64,000 nucleotides of DNA. It comes from Octopus sinensis. Its lineage: Eukaryota. Positions 26,760 through 41,929 of this stretch are shown piece by piece. The stretch lies in contig NC_042998.1 of the NCBI RefSeq assembly GCF_006345805.1, positions 171,926,001 through 171,990,000 on the forward strand, read 5' to 3'. The notes below the pieces were generated by a model, which was not told where the DNA came from, did not search any database, and saw only the letters and a program-made list of their open reading frames with translations. The stretch's first letter is position 1; the number at the start of each line of letters is the position of its first letter. The position numbers were made by a program, and so were the translations under genes.

Positions 26760-27415
26760 CACTAGTTTTATTTTTATCACGTGCTTTCACTGCACTACCG
26801 AGTGCAGCTCTGTGTGTCTTGGGTATGTGCTGTGGTTCGTTGTGATACTCTAATTCTTACTGTGTTTAAAGTGTTTTACGTAAGAAGTGTGCGGTGCCAA
26901 GTAGTACTATTTTCTGTATGTTATATATACTTGTTAGTCCTGGTGTTTTGTTATGTATATTTTTTATCATACCCAATGCGCCTACTATGATAGGAGTTGT
27001 TTCTGCTTTTAGACTTCACATTCGTGTCACCTCTATTTTCAGATCTTTGTATTTTGAAAGTTTCTCCGTTTCTTTTAGAGAAACATTGCCATCTATTGGT
27101 ATTGATACATCGATTAGAAAACATTTTTTTCTTGGTGATCTCTGACAACTATATTCAGCCTATTGCCTTAATTTCTCTATCTGTGAGTATCTTCACATAT
27201 TCTGCAGTTACTTGTATTTATTTTCGTTACATGTTTTTGGTAATTTCTGGTGAGAAGGCTTTGATCTTGTGCTGCAATTAAAAATCCTTCAGTTTCTGCT
27301 TTGAATCCTGAGCTTCTCAGCCATTGATCGGATATTGCTTCGACTATTTCTTTTCTGTTTAGTTTAACCCAGTATTTGCCATGGAGGGGCTTTTCTTGCC
27401 ATCGTTTTATCATGA
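26760..27415 (-). mobile_element. R4/Dong-clade LINE 3' fragment (fourth family)
   Basis: WQEKPLHGKY...ETEGFLIAAQDQSLLTRNY...CRIC, followed by an RLE tail. Confidence 0.85.
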
Positions 27416-27424
27416 TCTGTTGCA

Positions 27425-27476
<52 letters not shown>

Positions 27477-27483
27477 TATTATT

Positions 27484-27527
<44 letters not shown>

Positions 27528-27739
27528 GCAAGGCGAGCGCTTGTGATTGCAAAAATGGTGGATAGGTAAATAGAATGCCTTACAGTATTTGGTTACATTT
27601 CTTTACACTCTGAGTTCAAAACCTGCTGGGATCGACGCCATCTTTCATCTTTACGGTGTCGATCTAAGTAAAATACCACATAAGTGCCGGGAGAATTTAA
27701 TGCACTACACTTCCATTCTCCCAGAAAGACAAATAAACC

Positions 27740-28170
27740 TAGCTGTCTTGTACCTATCTTTAGAAAAAAAATCATTTTTGTTATTACGTGATAGAGTTGG
27801 CCGTTCATCACCAGATAAAATGCTTTATAGTTTTTATGTATCTGGCTTTTGATCATCTCTTTACACTGAAGTCATTCAACTTCTTTACACGTTTTGACAA
27901 AGCTGTGACATTTCTTTGAGTTTTGTGTTTATTTTCCTCCGTTCCTAAAATTGAACATGTGGTTGAGGAAACGGTTTTTGAAGCTGCTTTCGCAAGTACC
28001 GATATATCTTTTACCATTTTTAAGTTACCCACTTGGGATCTTGCCTTATCTATATACGTAATTACTTTGCATAGGTATTTACTGTTAAGCGGACAGTTGT
28101 CTTTGATCCAGAAAATGCATCCGGGTTCTAGTTGTTTTGGTTGGTTCTTCAGACATTCTTTGTGCACCTG
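27740..28170 (-). mobile_element. Penelope-like element GIY-YIG endonuclease relic
   Basis: GCIFWIKDNCPLNSKYLCKVITY, then in a shifted frame GKRYIGTCESSFKNRFLNH, then TALSK. Matches the CxCxxxxxCPLxGxCL...YIG...FKxRxxNH pattern. Confidence 0.75.
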
Positions 28171-28622
28171 AAAGTAACAGTGACGTTGGGTTTGCTGTGT
28201 TGTTGATTGCGACTGAATAGAAGTTGAACAATATGGTTCAAATGTAATAACTAATGTAGCTAGGGATTTTATGAGCATTATCAAGAGGCACTTATCAGCC
28301 ATCCATACGTTTTATAAGCTACTGAACAACGTCTCTCTCTCTCCCCCTTCCTCTCCCACCTCTCTCTCTAACGTACATACACGCTAAACGCCCATACACA
28401 CACATTTCTTTTTCTTTTTTGTTTCACAAACTAGTAAAAAGGCATTTAATACGTATCGTAGAGAATAATTATTTTCTATATACTGTTGGTATATACTCCA
28501 TTGCTATCAGAGTTTCATGGGAACACTTAAAACTCTGAGTAGAAACACAAAAGATAACAGCTGCGGGCAATATATAATACACACGCGCATGCATACGCAG
28601 ATCGTACGTACATAGGTACGTA

Positions 28623-28657
<35 letters not shown>

Positions 28658-29059
28658 ACATACAGATCTCTACTCATAACACGCTTATACGTACCACTCC
28701 CCACACATATACAAGCAATGGTACCCGCCATTGCCCGGGCGCCGAATATTTGGAAGTATTATTTTGTTAACCAGAAATTACTTGAAGGAAATTTGATCTA
28801 CTTTTTGTATGAAATTACATTTGTATATATTCTTATTGTAATACAGATATATGTCTAATGTTGAACTATTCTAGATTACTGTGCGAAGCTTTTGAAACTA
28901 TTTTTATTGATTGTTTGAAATCTTTTGACTTAAGAAAATACTATTTTCATGTTTTACTTTACATATTTTCTTGAAATTCTAACTTGATAAGTGATACACA
29001 AAACTTATGTAAGTCTAACAGAAATGCATTTCATTCAGAAAAAATTCTGGAGTTGATAA

Positions 29060-30665
29060 CACTTGTTCTGCAGTTTCCAAGATGACTTTTCAGTCGCCCA
29101 TCATCACTAAAAGCTGAACGTTTCTAGGAAAACTTCCAGATCCCTGAAGAAATTTGGCTGCTCCACACATGTCGTAGTATAAACAGTTACTAGTCTGAAG
29201 GTGGGTCCGCGTCCTGAGACCCAGACTCTTCTGGAACGATACCGCAGCACTGTTTCCCAATCATGATCGACTTGTAGATAAGTAGATCTTGAAGAGCGGA
29301 AACTCTGGTCTTGCTAATGGCCACCGCATCTGTATCTAGTGATCTGATGTCGTTGAACTGGAAGTCCTATTTCCAAGGTGATCCCAGTCTAGGTTCAGTT
29401 ATACAGCCTACTTTCAGTGCAGCCATGTTTGACAGGGAGGAAACTAAGAATGACTATTTACCTTATTTCTGTGGAGGGACAGCTGCTTCATTCTTCTGGT
29501 TATATGTGGGTGATTTTACAAGTAGTTCTTTATAAAGGCCTTTGTTAATAGCTCCTTGAGAAGTCTTCCATTTCATTGGAATGTCTTGTTTTCAGTCTGT
29601 TATAAGTATATTGGCCTGTTTTTAAGATTTTAATATGAGCTGCCATTTTATGTGGTAGTGTGATCTAGCCATTGTGGTTAATGTTTTAATGTACATTTTT
29701 CCTCAAGCCCTTGTTGTTTGTATCTATGACCGTGAAGTTGATGATGCTTTTGTTTGTTTGGTCTGAGAATGTAGTTAGTTTTGTGTTTTCGCTTGTTGTG
29801 TTTGAAATGGTGATGTTTCTAGTGTTTGAATTTATTTGTGGTTGTGTCGTTTCGTGAGGTGTGTGTGTTTATTCGTGGGGTTTTGTGTCTTTTCATTTAA
29901 GCTATTTGTTTTTGGTTTGATGCAGTGTTTTTCATTTTACTATTTGTATTATCTTGCCCATAACAAGTATCCATTCTGGCGAGTCTCTCGAAAGGATTTC
30001 CTGGGGGACCGAGTTTTCGCAGTTGAAGACATATGTGGCTGGAGAAGAAGTAAGTTTGCGCATTTAAGTAAATCTGTATTTGCAGTCTGGTTAACTTGTG
30101 CAGGTGGGGATCTCTTTGAATTGTGGTTGTATCGGTGATATTTTTTGTGGGTTGTGGTGTCGGTGCTGTTACTGTTGTTGTTGGGCGTCTTTCTCTTCTT
30201 CTTTTTGATACTTCTGTTGCTGTTTTTAGTGCTACTGTTGTTGGTACTGTTGCTGTTTTTGTTGCTGATTCTGCAGTTGGGGAGGATGTTTACAGTAGAA
30301 GGATTTTTCTACGATTTTTTCAGTAGAGAGAAAACTCTTAGATGGCTTACATCCCCACATATATGGCGGTATTCGACTTTCTGCCCTCAACTGCTATGAA
30401 AAGCTAAAAACAATTTGAGTAGTTGATCAAGTCAGGAACAACTTCCATGAAGTGTTGATCTGTTTGGGCAATTTTCCTTTCTCAGTCGGTGGACTTGCAG
30501 AATACTTGTTTTATATTTTCTATGTCGCATATTACGACTTCCACAAGTAAGGAGATATCAGCTCCCGTTGTACTTCAACCACCTTTACTCTTACTTCTCT
30601 GCGGTCGAGGTAGGTTAGAATCGGTAGCATCTCATCACTGTTTAGTTTTGTGGTGGAATTTTTTT
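29060..30665 (-). mobile_element. Decayed L1/Tx1 5' half (ORF1 zinc knuckle and APE endonuclease)
   Basis: VEGRK..HICGDVSHL (ORF1 CCHC relic, ~30330-30395). LGSPWK..NDIRSLDTDAVAISKTR and FRLVTVY...NFFRDLEVFL...VMMGD (APE, 29060-29395). Confidence 0.7.
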
Positions 30666-30819
30666 TCACTGCTTCTTATTCCGTTTGAAAAATCACTTAA
30701 CTGTGCCAAAATGTTGAAGTGAATCTAACGGATTTTGTGTGTTTCTTAAATGGCTTATAAACACCTTCCACGCTGCAATTGTTTTCGTTCCAGCACATGA
30801 TCTCAGATCAAGTCACTTG

Positions 30820-30855
<36 letters not shown>

Positions 30856-30857
<2 letters not shown>

Positions 30858-31244
30858 CTTTATTCTTTTACTATTTTACTTGTTACAGTTATTTGACTGC
30901 GGCTATGTTGGAACACCGCCTTGGAGGATTTTATTCGAACAAATCGCCCCCAGGACTTATTTCTTTTAAGCCTTGTACTTAATCTATGGGTCTCTTTTGT
31001 CGAACCACTAAGTCACGGGGACGTAAATACACCAGCACCGGTTGTCAAGCAGTGATGGGGCGGGGTACAGACGTGCGCGCACGCACACACATACATATAC
31101 GATAAGCTTCTTTTAGTTTCCGTCAACCAAATTCACTTAGTCGGTCCGTGGCTATAGTAGAAGACACTTGACCAAGGTGTCACGCAGTGGGACTGAACTC
31201 GGAACCATGTGGTTGGGAAGCAAACGTCTTGCCACGCACGCCTG
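30856..31244 (-). mobile_element. tRNA-derived SINE (major family)
   Basis: Reverse-complement match to the family. Confidence 0.8.
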
Positions 31245-31246
31245 TG

Positions 31247-31872
<626 letters not shown>

Positions 31873-33807
31873 AACCTGCTTCTTGTCGGAAGAATTCAAA
31901 TAATCATATGCATACATATGTGTGCGCGTGTGTGTATGTATGTATGTATGTATGTATATATGTATGTGTGTAAGTAGATACGTATAATTGTTTGAATTCT
32001 TCCTTTCCTACAAGAAAAAGAGTTTATTATTGTTGGGATCAGGATAGCAAATACGAGAAGTATTGTATGGTGGACATATTTTTAATGTATTCGTAAAGTG
32101 CGTTTTAGCAGGTCACTTTTTTTTACCTGAAAATACTAGTTTTTTGAAAATGTTGCTTAAGCCTTTCCTAACGTGGTAAAATGTGAGTTTATAATTAGAG
32201 CTGAGAAACCGTAGGTGTCTAAGCAGTTGACCATCAGATTTTGGGGGAACGAATTTTTTACTTCTGCTGAACAGCAGACCTTTATAATTGTTATAATGTA
32301 TTTGTGTATATGTAAATATGTATGTAATTATGTATGACTGTCTCTATGTATGCATGAATGTAAGAAAATCTGTGTGTGTGTATAATAAAAATCAAAAGCC
32401 AAAATATACATGGGCATTCACAATCATAAACATTCACATCACCATCTCAGTTACATTTACTCATATGTATACTATATATACCTGCACATATGTATTAAAA
32501 TAAATAGAGACAGCTAACAAAAGAAAATTCCAAAAGCGGCGAAAGGAGAAATTATTGAAAAAGCCACAGATATGTGTTAAAAGACGTTGATAAGTCTATT
32601 AATTAATTAATTAGTTAATAAATTTATTAATAATTATACAGTAGGTGCAACCAATATGATTTTATAGGAAAAAAGGATCTTTTTAAATAATGCGACATTT
32701 GTTTCAGAGCAAGTATCTTGTGAATAAATGCAACACACACATAGAATTAGAAATGAAAATGAATTTCATTAAATCTTAATATCTCATTTTGAAAAATTAA
32801 GATGTTGAAATTTTTTAAAAGAAAAATATTTTGACTTCTGGAAATAGTCTTGGATACAAATTTGGTGTAATGCTAACGTCTTAAAATGTACTTTGGTTGC
32901 TTTCAGTTTAAGTGACAGTTTCACAAATATGTTACCCGTATCAACTAGTTTAAATTGAGCAATGTTGTAATTTCATCATCATGGGGCCTTTTAGTAGATC
33001 AACACTGATCTATTTTGCTCAAAGGGATCAGAAGAAACACTGGTGTATTTATATATCTGAGAAGAACCCATTCTAAAATATTTATGTCTTTATTTGCAAA
33101 CAAAAAGGGAGAAACTCAACAGATATATTATATTATGTATTTTGATAACCAACTATTATCTGAAATCTGCTATAAGATTTCATGGAACATGCAAGAATAT
33201 ATAAACAGGAGCGAAATAGAGGATTTTTCTTTGAAAGTAAACAAAATACTTTCAAAATAAATGTACCGGAAAATCATAAAAGCAGAAAAGAAAAATACAA
33301 TTTAAGAAGTGCTTCGCTCGTTGAGTATTATTTGAAAAGGATAGATGAAGCTAAACAAAATGTTCGGGGTAAATAACGATAAGTCTGGATTATTGCCAAA
33401 GATGAAGTGAGACAAGTAAAATAATAAAAGAACGTTTTTGTTGAAAGCCACTTCAAAACACAGACTTGTTTTGTAATAAAGATGGCAAATAGCCACAAAA
33501 CGAAAACTTTAAAATACGTCTTTTATGTTTTGAGCTTAAGAGGTGAACAAGAAACAGAACAATAACAATAACAATAAAAGTAATTTAAAATCTATTTAAG
33601 TCAAAAGTAAAATGGTATTAATATCAGTCAACCAATTAATTATAGTTTATTTACCGCTGTTGGATGTGAAGATACATTTAAAATGTAATAGGAGTGATGG
33701 TTCCGCAGTATGACCTCAACCCAGTGGCTAGAACAGGTAGAAGAGGTAAACACTGATGACTGGTGAAAATTTTATATGAACTCCAGAACGACTTCGATTC
33801 TCTTTTA

Positions 33808-33893
<86 letters not shown>

Positions 33894-35267
33894 GCAGTTG
33901 TTATTGGTCTTCTTGTGAAATCATCTCCGATTGAGCCAGCCTATGTTAAAAATTATTCCATCCGCGACTATTCTTTTTTTTTTCTTCAGGCTTAGTGTAT
34001 TAGGACTATACCACCCAATGTGTATTTCATGCTTCTTTTTTTTTTTTTTTACACGGTAGGAAAATTTAGTTGCATTTTCTAGCAGCCCGAATGAGAAGTA
34101 GGGACTCCTTCGTTTGAATGAGTAAAGCAGGCATAGATGTTATATAACGGGAAAATTTTTTTTATTATTTGCAATACCAAGTCAGCTCTCGTTAGTCTAA
34201 CCTGCAATGATCAAAGCTACCGTTCTAAATGTGATCATCCCATATTTTTGAGACATAATTTGTCGAACCGTTCTCTAATGTCTTTCCATATTTTAAAGAC
34301 GGTAGGGTGCGAGTTGAATGAAATTTGGCTGTTCAAAAACACATAAGGTGTTTAAAGAATTTTGAGGGAGTTATATAATGATTTTAATCAATTATTCTAT
34401 CAATCTCGAATGGATGAAAGTAAAAGTCAAGTTTTGAACTCAGAATATAAAGGAGCATGGAATATATACTGCAAGGCATGAAGATAAAGGGGCAGAAATG
34501 AATACCACAAGATACTTTACCAGTCGCTTAATAAGTTCTACGAACCCACCACCCTAAAGCATGAATGAATAGAATTTAGATAAATGTAAAGTTAGCTATA
34601 ACAGCATCTGCACAGATCTAGGACCAACTGAAATAGTATTTAACCACCCAGAAAGCGTGATACTTTACAGAACGGTAACCATGGGAGGCAATGAAAGGTG
34701 ATGATGACGGTCACTGCAACCTAATGCTGAGTAGTTTGCAATTTGGATTTTTACCAGTGATTTGTACCACAGATTATATATTTCTAATGATGAAAAAACC
34801 TGGGGAAGAAGAGACAAAGATTGTGTTATAAAAAAATAGTAGATTTCGCTTTGATGTGAACTGGTTGGTAAATATGAAAGCTAAGCGTGAATGAATGATG
34901 TATGTAGTCTATTTATACCAATTTTGTATACATTTTATTTTGAAGAAAAGGGAGGGTATATAGCCACATGAAACTGTACTGGAAGTTTGAAGTAAACTAC
35001 AATAATACATAATATGGAGGGATTCCAAAACAAAAAAAGGAAAAAGAAATCTTTTGATTCTCTGGCTGAACAAATGTGCATATTGTACGACACTCCTAGA
35101 AATATGACCGAGTTTGATGCTTTAAAAAAAGCATGTATCCAACTAATCAGGGGGTAGAGGGTGATACTGTTGTGGAAGATGTAAGAGGGAATGCAGAATG
35201 TCATGATTAAAAAAAAAGGGGTTAAAATTGTAAGTAATAAACGCTATAATGTTAGAGAACATTACTT

Positions 35268-35690
35268 GGATCTTTTCGGTTTGAACGGCAGTTTTTTCTA
35301 GCAGTGTCATATGAAATTGTCATCCATAATTATGACCCTAGAATCGATCTATTGCATTTCAATCTGTTTTAGGGTTAGGGTTAGTTAGGGTTAGGGAGGG
35401 GGGAGGGTATTTTTTCTTCATAAATGTAAATAAACCCAATCTGTTTCTTAAACGAGGGACATATTCATACGGCACAGAATGCTTTGTAACTCAGTAGAAG
35501 TCACTGATTGGTTGAAATTGCAGAAATTGAAGAAAAAACAACAACAAATATCTTACAAACTATAGAATTTTCTCAATAAAGCCAAGAGAAAAAGATGTTT
35601 TATAAACACATTCTACCAGTATACGAAGTTTAAAATTTTTTAGTTAGCTAGAAATTATGTTAAAAACTGCCGTTCAAACCGAAAAGATCC
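35268..35690. mobile_element. Merlin-type MITE
   Basis: 29-bp TIR ggatcttttcggtttgaacggcagttttt; 8-bp TSD cattactt (35260-35267 and 35691-35698). Confidence 0.9.
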
Positions 35691-36795
35691 CATTACTTTA
35701 ATTTCAGTCGCGGATATTGCTCACTGAATAAGTGTACACCAACCGAATGGTTGAAGTGGCATCAACTGAATGGTTGAATAAAGTGTGTTAAATCTTCTTA
35801 AAGTAATAAAATGTAAGTTGCCATCATAGCAGAAATACGTTAAATGTATATCAAATGGAGATGATGATATCGTATGAAACATTGAAACAAAAATAACTCA
35901 TAGGATATCCACTGGATTTTTACCAAGCATCTATCGCTAGCCGAGCGACCAGGTTACCGATTACACTACAAAGCATATCTGCTTCCCTATCTTTTGTTTT
36001 CAAACGCCGTAGTATCTCTCTCCCCCCACTCTCTTCTTTTTTTTATTTTACTGTTAAAACTCCACTAGTATCGCAAATATTTCACAGTTGCTTCATCAGA
36101 TACTTAGCGCTAGCGGGTTGGCTATTCTACTAATGTAAAACATAGCAAGTGCCCAATCATAACCCGATGTTTACAAGGAAGAATTAATAAATATATCTGA
36201 TGACGTTTGCATTAAAGTTTTGTCTGTTAATTTATAATCAAATAAATTTTACTTTGGTTCCTGGTTCAGTCCCACTTGGGTAAATGTATTCTACTATAGC
36301 CTCGAGCCGACCAAAGTCTTGTAAGTGGATTTGGTGAACGGAAACTGAAAGAAGCCCGTTTTGTGTATGTGTGTGTGTGCGCGCGTGTGTGTGGGCGTGT
36401 GCGAGTATACATATGTATATATTTGCAAATTCCTCTTACTCACCACATCCAACCTCCCTCGCAGCTTCCCTATTTTCACGTGTAGTATTCTTTCCCCATT
36501 CTATCATTTCTCCTCTTCAACCAAAAACGCTTATAACTACCCCACTCAGTTAGCTACTCACCTTTCTCTCCTTCTCTATTCACCTCCCTCAATTCAATTT
36601 CATCCACCATCAACACACCTTCATTATATTACTAACTACTGTTACCTTGACCACCGACTTTCACCCCCACACTGTTCACCTCCCTCTATCTTCTCTCAAA
36701 CCTTAGTAATCCCCCTCCGCCGCCGAATTAGACACTTTCCCTCCCTCAGATAATTTCCATCCCTTTTCTCACTATCTCAACTTCCAATAATTCTA

Positions 36796-37004
36796 TTGGA
36801 GATGCAGCACGAATTTTTGTCAGTGAACAGGTCGCAGATTTTGGCGACGAAAATATTTTGACAAATTAAACTTAAATGTTGAAGTGAATCGAACGGCTTT
36901 TGTGTGTTTCTTAAATGGCTTACAAACACCTTCCACGCTGCAATTGTTTTCGTTTCAGCACACGATCTCAGATCAAATTACTTGCTATGCGAGTACATCT
37001 CCGT
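36796..37004. mobile_element. Small non-autonomous DNA element with ~10 bp TSD; fragments also at ~30710-30820, ~53800-53950 and ~58415-58480
   Basis: Short TIR ggagatg/catctcc; flanking direct repeat aataattcta. Confidence 0.65.
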
Positions 37005-39330
37005 AATAATTCTATAGTTATCCATAAACTTTGACACCTATACACATACCCAACAACAGATGACTGCCCTTCAGTTAGTATCTAGCCCGTCCTCCTACTC
37101 ATCGCCCTACTCTCCAGCTCTACTACCACCTCCCTTAATTATTAACCCTCTCCCACTTCTTGAACTAGCTCTCTTATCTCTTCTCACCATTCCCTTTCTT
37201 AACACTCCCCATAACCCTAGCAACCCTAGCGACCCGCCTACGTCCTCCTTCTAATACGGCCAGCTCTTCAAATTTAATCATTCCATCTTTGAACTTCTCT
37301 GCGTTACGACCTGAAATGTAAAAAACTTTTCTACCCTGATGATGGCGGCTCTATTTATTCAATGTTGATTTATCGATTTATCCAATGTTGATTGCTTCCA
37401 TTACGGTCGCATATTGTGATGAACTATATCTACCAGCATTATGATACATCTCCAAGCTTCCAGAAACAGCTGTTGGACTTATAACACATTTCTTCCTCAC
37501 CTTTAATTTTCTCTGTCTTTTGTACTCTGTGTAAGTTGGATCTATCAATATAAATATCTATATATTTATACTTAAATAACGATCGTCTGAAGGTCTCCCT
37601 TTTTCGTTTTCTCTCGTTTTGCATGTATACATATATACATATTTTGCCTGTCACATATAACCCAGTATAATCTACCCGAGGTTTTGTTTTCGTCTACGTG
37701 ACTTCACTTACGTTATGGGTCAACCTGAGGTTATCTTACTCAAGATGCTTTCAGAAAAATTGAACGAAGTGATTGCGAAATGAACTTCTACACCACATTG
37801 CCTTGCCAGTGAGAGAAATAAATAGCGAAATATATTTTCAGTTTCGTTGTGAGCTCAATTTATAGACATTTAATCTTACAGTGGCTGAGTGCTGATTGGA
37901 TACAGTACCCAAGAGCGAGCAGTTTGTATTCTGTCATAAGGACTGACTGCATTGTGTTCATAATAAAGGGTTCTGATCCTCAACGGCTTCTCAGTTCACC
38001 AGGTTGTATATAGATATTATGGTGGGGCTGTAAACAAATACCAGGCTGTAAATAGATACCATAGCTCATTGCTGCAAGCAGCGGGATCATAGTGATCAAC
38101 AGGAACACAATAAAATTTATGAGTGTTTCGTTAACTTTCAGTGCTGCGTTCAATTCTTCCCGTGGGTATAAGTTGAAGGGGAATGGGTTCCAACAGGATG
38201 ATTTGCCTAGATATGAAGATAACCCGCTGGGTTATGAGACTCATCACCAAATATTCTCTTACTCTCGTACCTTCTTCCCCACTTCTTTCTCTTTCTCTCT
38301 TCCTCACACACATACATTCTTTTTACGCATGTACTTACATAGACACACACATATCGAGTGACCTATTATATTTAGCTTTGTGACGAGAGGAACGCCTCAG
38401 TGACTACAGAGAATTGATGTACTATCTGAAGAGAAAGTTGTTATGGCAGCGAGTAAGACAGTAATATTAGGATCTTGTCAGGAAAACGAAGTCCATATGG
38501 ACCATTAAACGATAGGCTGTATTTGGATTTGAATTGTCTTCAATTGGTGCAGACTGTCACTGGGTTTTCACACTGATAGCTCTGAATCGTTAAGTACTTT
38601 TACAGACTTAGAATACTTTCTGTTTATTTATATTTTTTGTTACAGAAATACATTCTAGGTTTGTATTGAGAAATTTAGGAGTTGGAGAGCGAGAACATGA
38701 GGTTTATAGTGGAGCCAGTTCCCTCAGGTATATTGTAATATCTCGTTCTTTACACACACACACAAAGCACATACATATTTATATGTGTGTATATATATAT
38801 ATACATATATATACTAGCATGTGTTTGTGTGTGTGTGTGTGTGCTTGTATGTAACTAGTATTTTATTTTAAGTGTATTGCTGAAGGCTTTATATAACCGA
38901 CTTTTAGAGAAGAGTGACAGCAGTCAAAAGGTTTGTCAGATAATTAATAATAGCAGAAAGGTGAAATACAAAAGAAAAAAAAAGTCCTAACAAGATTGTA
39001 TAGAAAAGAAACGTGGTTGAACTGCATGTTATATGTTTAAAGAATTATACTTGGACTGGTGAAATGCATTAAATATTGGACTTGAAATCAATCGGATTTT
39101 AAATTAACTTTCAAGATTATAATCTGCGTGATATTAGACATGATAATCCTTCATATGAGACAGAAAAGAGAAATAGGCCTACCAAATTGTTGGCGGAGAT
39201 ACCGCGTTGCCCGACGGAACACTTACCAGTGCATCTCTTCAAGTAAGAGACTAACATTTGTTCTTGCTTGGTTAACAGAATTTAAGAAGATAAATTCTGT
39301 TAACAAGCTAATTAGTCAATTAACTAGTTC

Positions 39331-39870
39331 GTATTTCTTTATCGCCCACAAGGGGCTAAACATAGAGGGGACAAACAAGGACAGACAAACGGATTAAGTC
39401 GATTAGATCGACCCCAGTGCGTAACTGGTACTTATTTAATCGACCCCGAAAAGATGATTGGCAAAGTCGACCTCGGTGGAATTTGAACTCAGAACGTAAC
39501 GGCAGACGAAATACTTATTTTTTTACTACCCACAAGGGGCTAAACACAGAAGGGACAAACAAGGACAGACAAACGGATTAAGTCAATTATATCGACCCCA
39601 GTGCGTAACTGATGCTCATTTAATCGACCCCGAAAGGATGAAAGCAAAATCAACCTCGGCGGAATTTGAACTCGTCTGCCGCTACGTTCTGAGTTCAAAT
39701 TCCGCCGAGGTCGACTTTGCCTTTCATCCTTTTGGGGTCAATTAAATAAGTACTAGTTACGCACTGGGGTCGATATAATCGACTTAATCCGTTTGTCTGT
39801 CCTTGTTTGTCCCTTATACCGCTAAGCATTTCACCCGGCGTGCTACCGTTTCTGTCAGCTCGCCGCCTTT
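39331..39870 (-). mobile_element. SINE (second family) containing a nested, partly inverted SINE dimer
   Basis: 14-bp TSD caattaactagttc (39317-39330 and 39871-39884); three body copies, one inverted. Confidence 0.85.
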
Positions 39871-41866
39871 CAATTAACTAGTTCTAGCAAGATAAGTGAA
39901 TATGAAGTTTAATATAATGAATCAGATGCTCTATTTATTTCTAAAACATTAAAAACGAAGTGAATTCAATGTTTTGCCTCGTTTTACACATGATACAAAA
40001 ACTAGATAGAAAGCTTAAGGCTACGCACGATAAAAAGTTTTTAAAGTATAATTTAGAAACTGTATCGAATAATCAATGGAAAAAGTATTTTATCTGTATG
40101 TTAACAAAGGACAACAATCAAGCCAATTTAGTACTAGATCTTTAAGGGACTCTATCCACTATAAACACTCAGTGGTATAAACATTCTACATAATACTACT
40201 GCAATTACAAAGTACATAAAACTGCAAACTACGCATTATCTGTCACATGTTGTACATGAAATACTATTCGTTTACACAACAAAACAAAAGATACTTGAAA
40301 TGGACGACCACTTGTTCATACAATACCGGAGCAATGTTGTTCCGACTCAACCCAGACAAATATAAAGTACACACATATGTTGAAATAGCTGCAATATCGG
40401 GAGCAACAGTTGTCTAAAACAATGTGTTGGAATGATGTGTAATGTCCACCCTCTGACGTAATGCAGCCTACCTACCCTGATGTAATGCAGTGGCCAACAC
40501 CGGAGTCTCTAGGTATATAAATGGACTGTGCAGTGGAGTGAGCGCAACATACACAGACTGACACACTGTAAAGGATCCTCTTGCATGTTTCCTCATCATA
40601 CTAGAAATAGCAAATACTCCCTCACATAACACGCTCTATCTTAAATAAAGAAAAATACATTAGTTAATGTAGTCATTGCTATACGAAAAACGAGATGGCC
40701 ATTGCAAGAGTGCTTTTGATCATAGGTATGTTTGGTAACTTCTGAATCGAGACTAAACAGAATTAGCCGTACCGGAATAGACTGGGCAGTAGGGTAAGTA
40801 CTACGAGTCTGGACTGTCACACTACATGATTCATCACTGTATGTCTAAGTGTACTGTGCTGTCATCTTCAAGGCTCATCTGAGACAATGATCTGTGGGAC
40901 CCCCTAGTCGTTCAACTATTGATCACCAACTCTAACAAATTGTGCGTTAAAAATCAGACTGAAAATTAACTTTAAATATAATCAGTTTTCTATTCTTTAT
41001 TTCTAACTTTAGTATAGTGTGTCACCTTTTGGGAAATAGTATAATCACTTGAACGGACACAAGTTCTTGACTTGTACATATTTTATAGATTTTTGTAAGA
41101 ATGAAAAATAAATCGAGTTTAGCAAGATTTGACCTAAATACCACAAAGTGCTTAGTTCAGCTTCCCACCGTGTCTACCATTTATCGCCTTTAATGGAAAG
41201 TATAAGAAATATTGATGAATTAACAGCAATATTCTCCGGGGAATGGTGGAGACTATGAGTTATGTTCAATATTTCAAGCTCGGACAGTATTATATATCGA
41301 ACATCCTTTGTGTTGTGTTATTTATAATTAATTTGATAAATTCCCTTTGATGAATACTCAAGTGTGATAACCTTGATGAAAATTTATGACACCAATATCT
41401 TAAACCATTCGAAAGTTCTCATATCAAATTACACATACTTAACTGTTACGATAAAATGTTTGGTGTATTATGATAGAAGTTTTTTTTTAGCGCTCATCTC
41501 CGTCTTCATTTAACTATAGCTATCAAAATGTAGTCAGTGTTTTAGCGAAATTTATAACGCTGTAAATTTTGTTTGCTGTAATGAGAAAAGAAGTAGTTTT
41601 TACGATATGACAAGAATAAGTTTTCTTATAAGTGCTCAATTTCTCATTGGTTATATATGATTTATAGATTTTATCTTTTACTTGTTTCAGTCACTGAATT
41701 GCGGCCACGCTGGGGCACCGAATTGAAAAGTTTAGTCGGACAAATGAACCCCGGTACTGATCTAGAAAAAACAAATCTGGTATTTTTTATTAGTCTTTTT
41801 GCTGAACCGATAACTTACGGGACATAAACACACGCACACACACACACACATACACACACACACACA

Positions 41867-41913
<47 letters not shown>

Positions 41914-41929
41914 ACGCACACGTATATAT

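Noticed and set aside
21085-27527. Repeat-spacer alternation superficially like a CRISPR array
   Set aside because: The repeats are variable-length microsatellites and the spacers are LINE fragments; eukaryotic context with no cas genes.
36068-36104. CTGATGA...GAAA on the minus strand; similar cores at ~33756, ~37336 and ~60665
   Set aside because: Helices or the NUH triplet cannot be formed; could be chance or too decayed to call.
38140-38268. Possible plus-strand exon
   Set aside because: Weak donor site and no homology.
40320-40570. Possible LTR retrotransposon 3' end and LTR start
   Set aside because: Only a TATA-like motif and a short repeat; no defined termini or protein motif.
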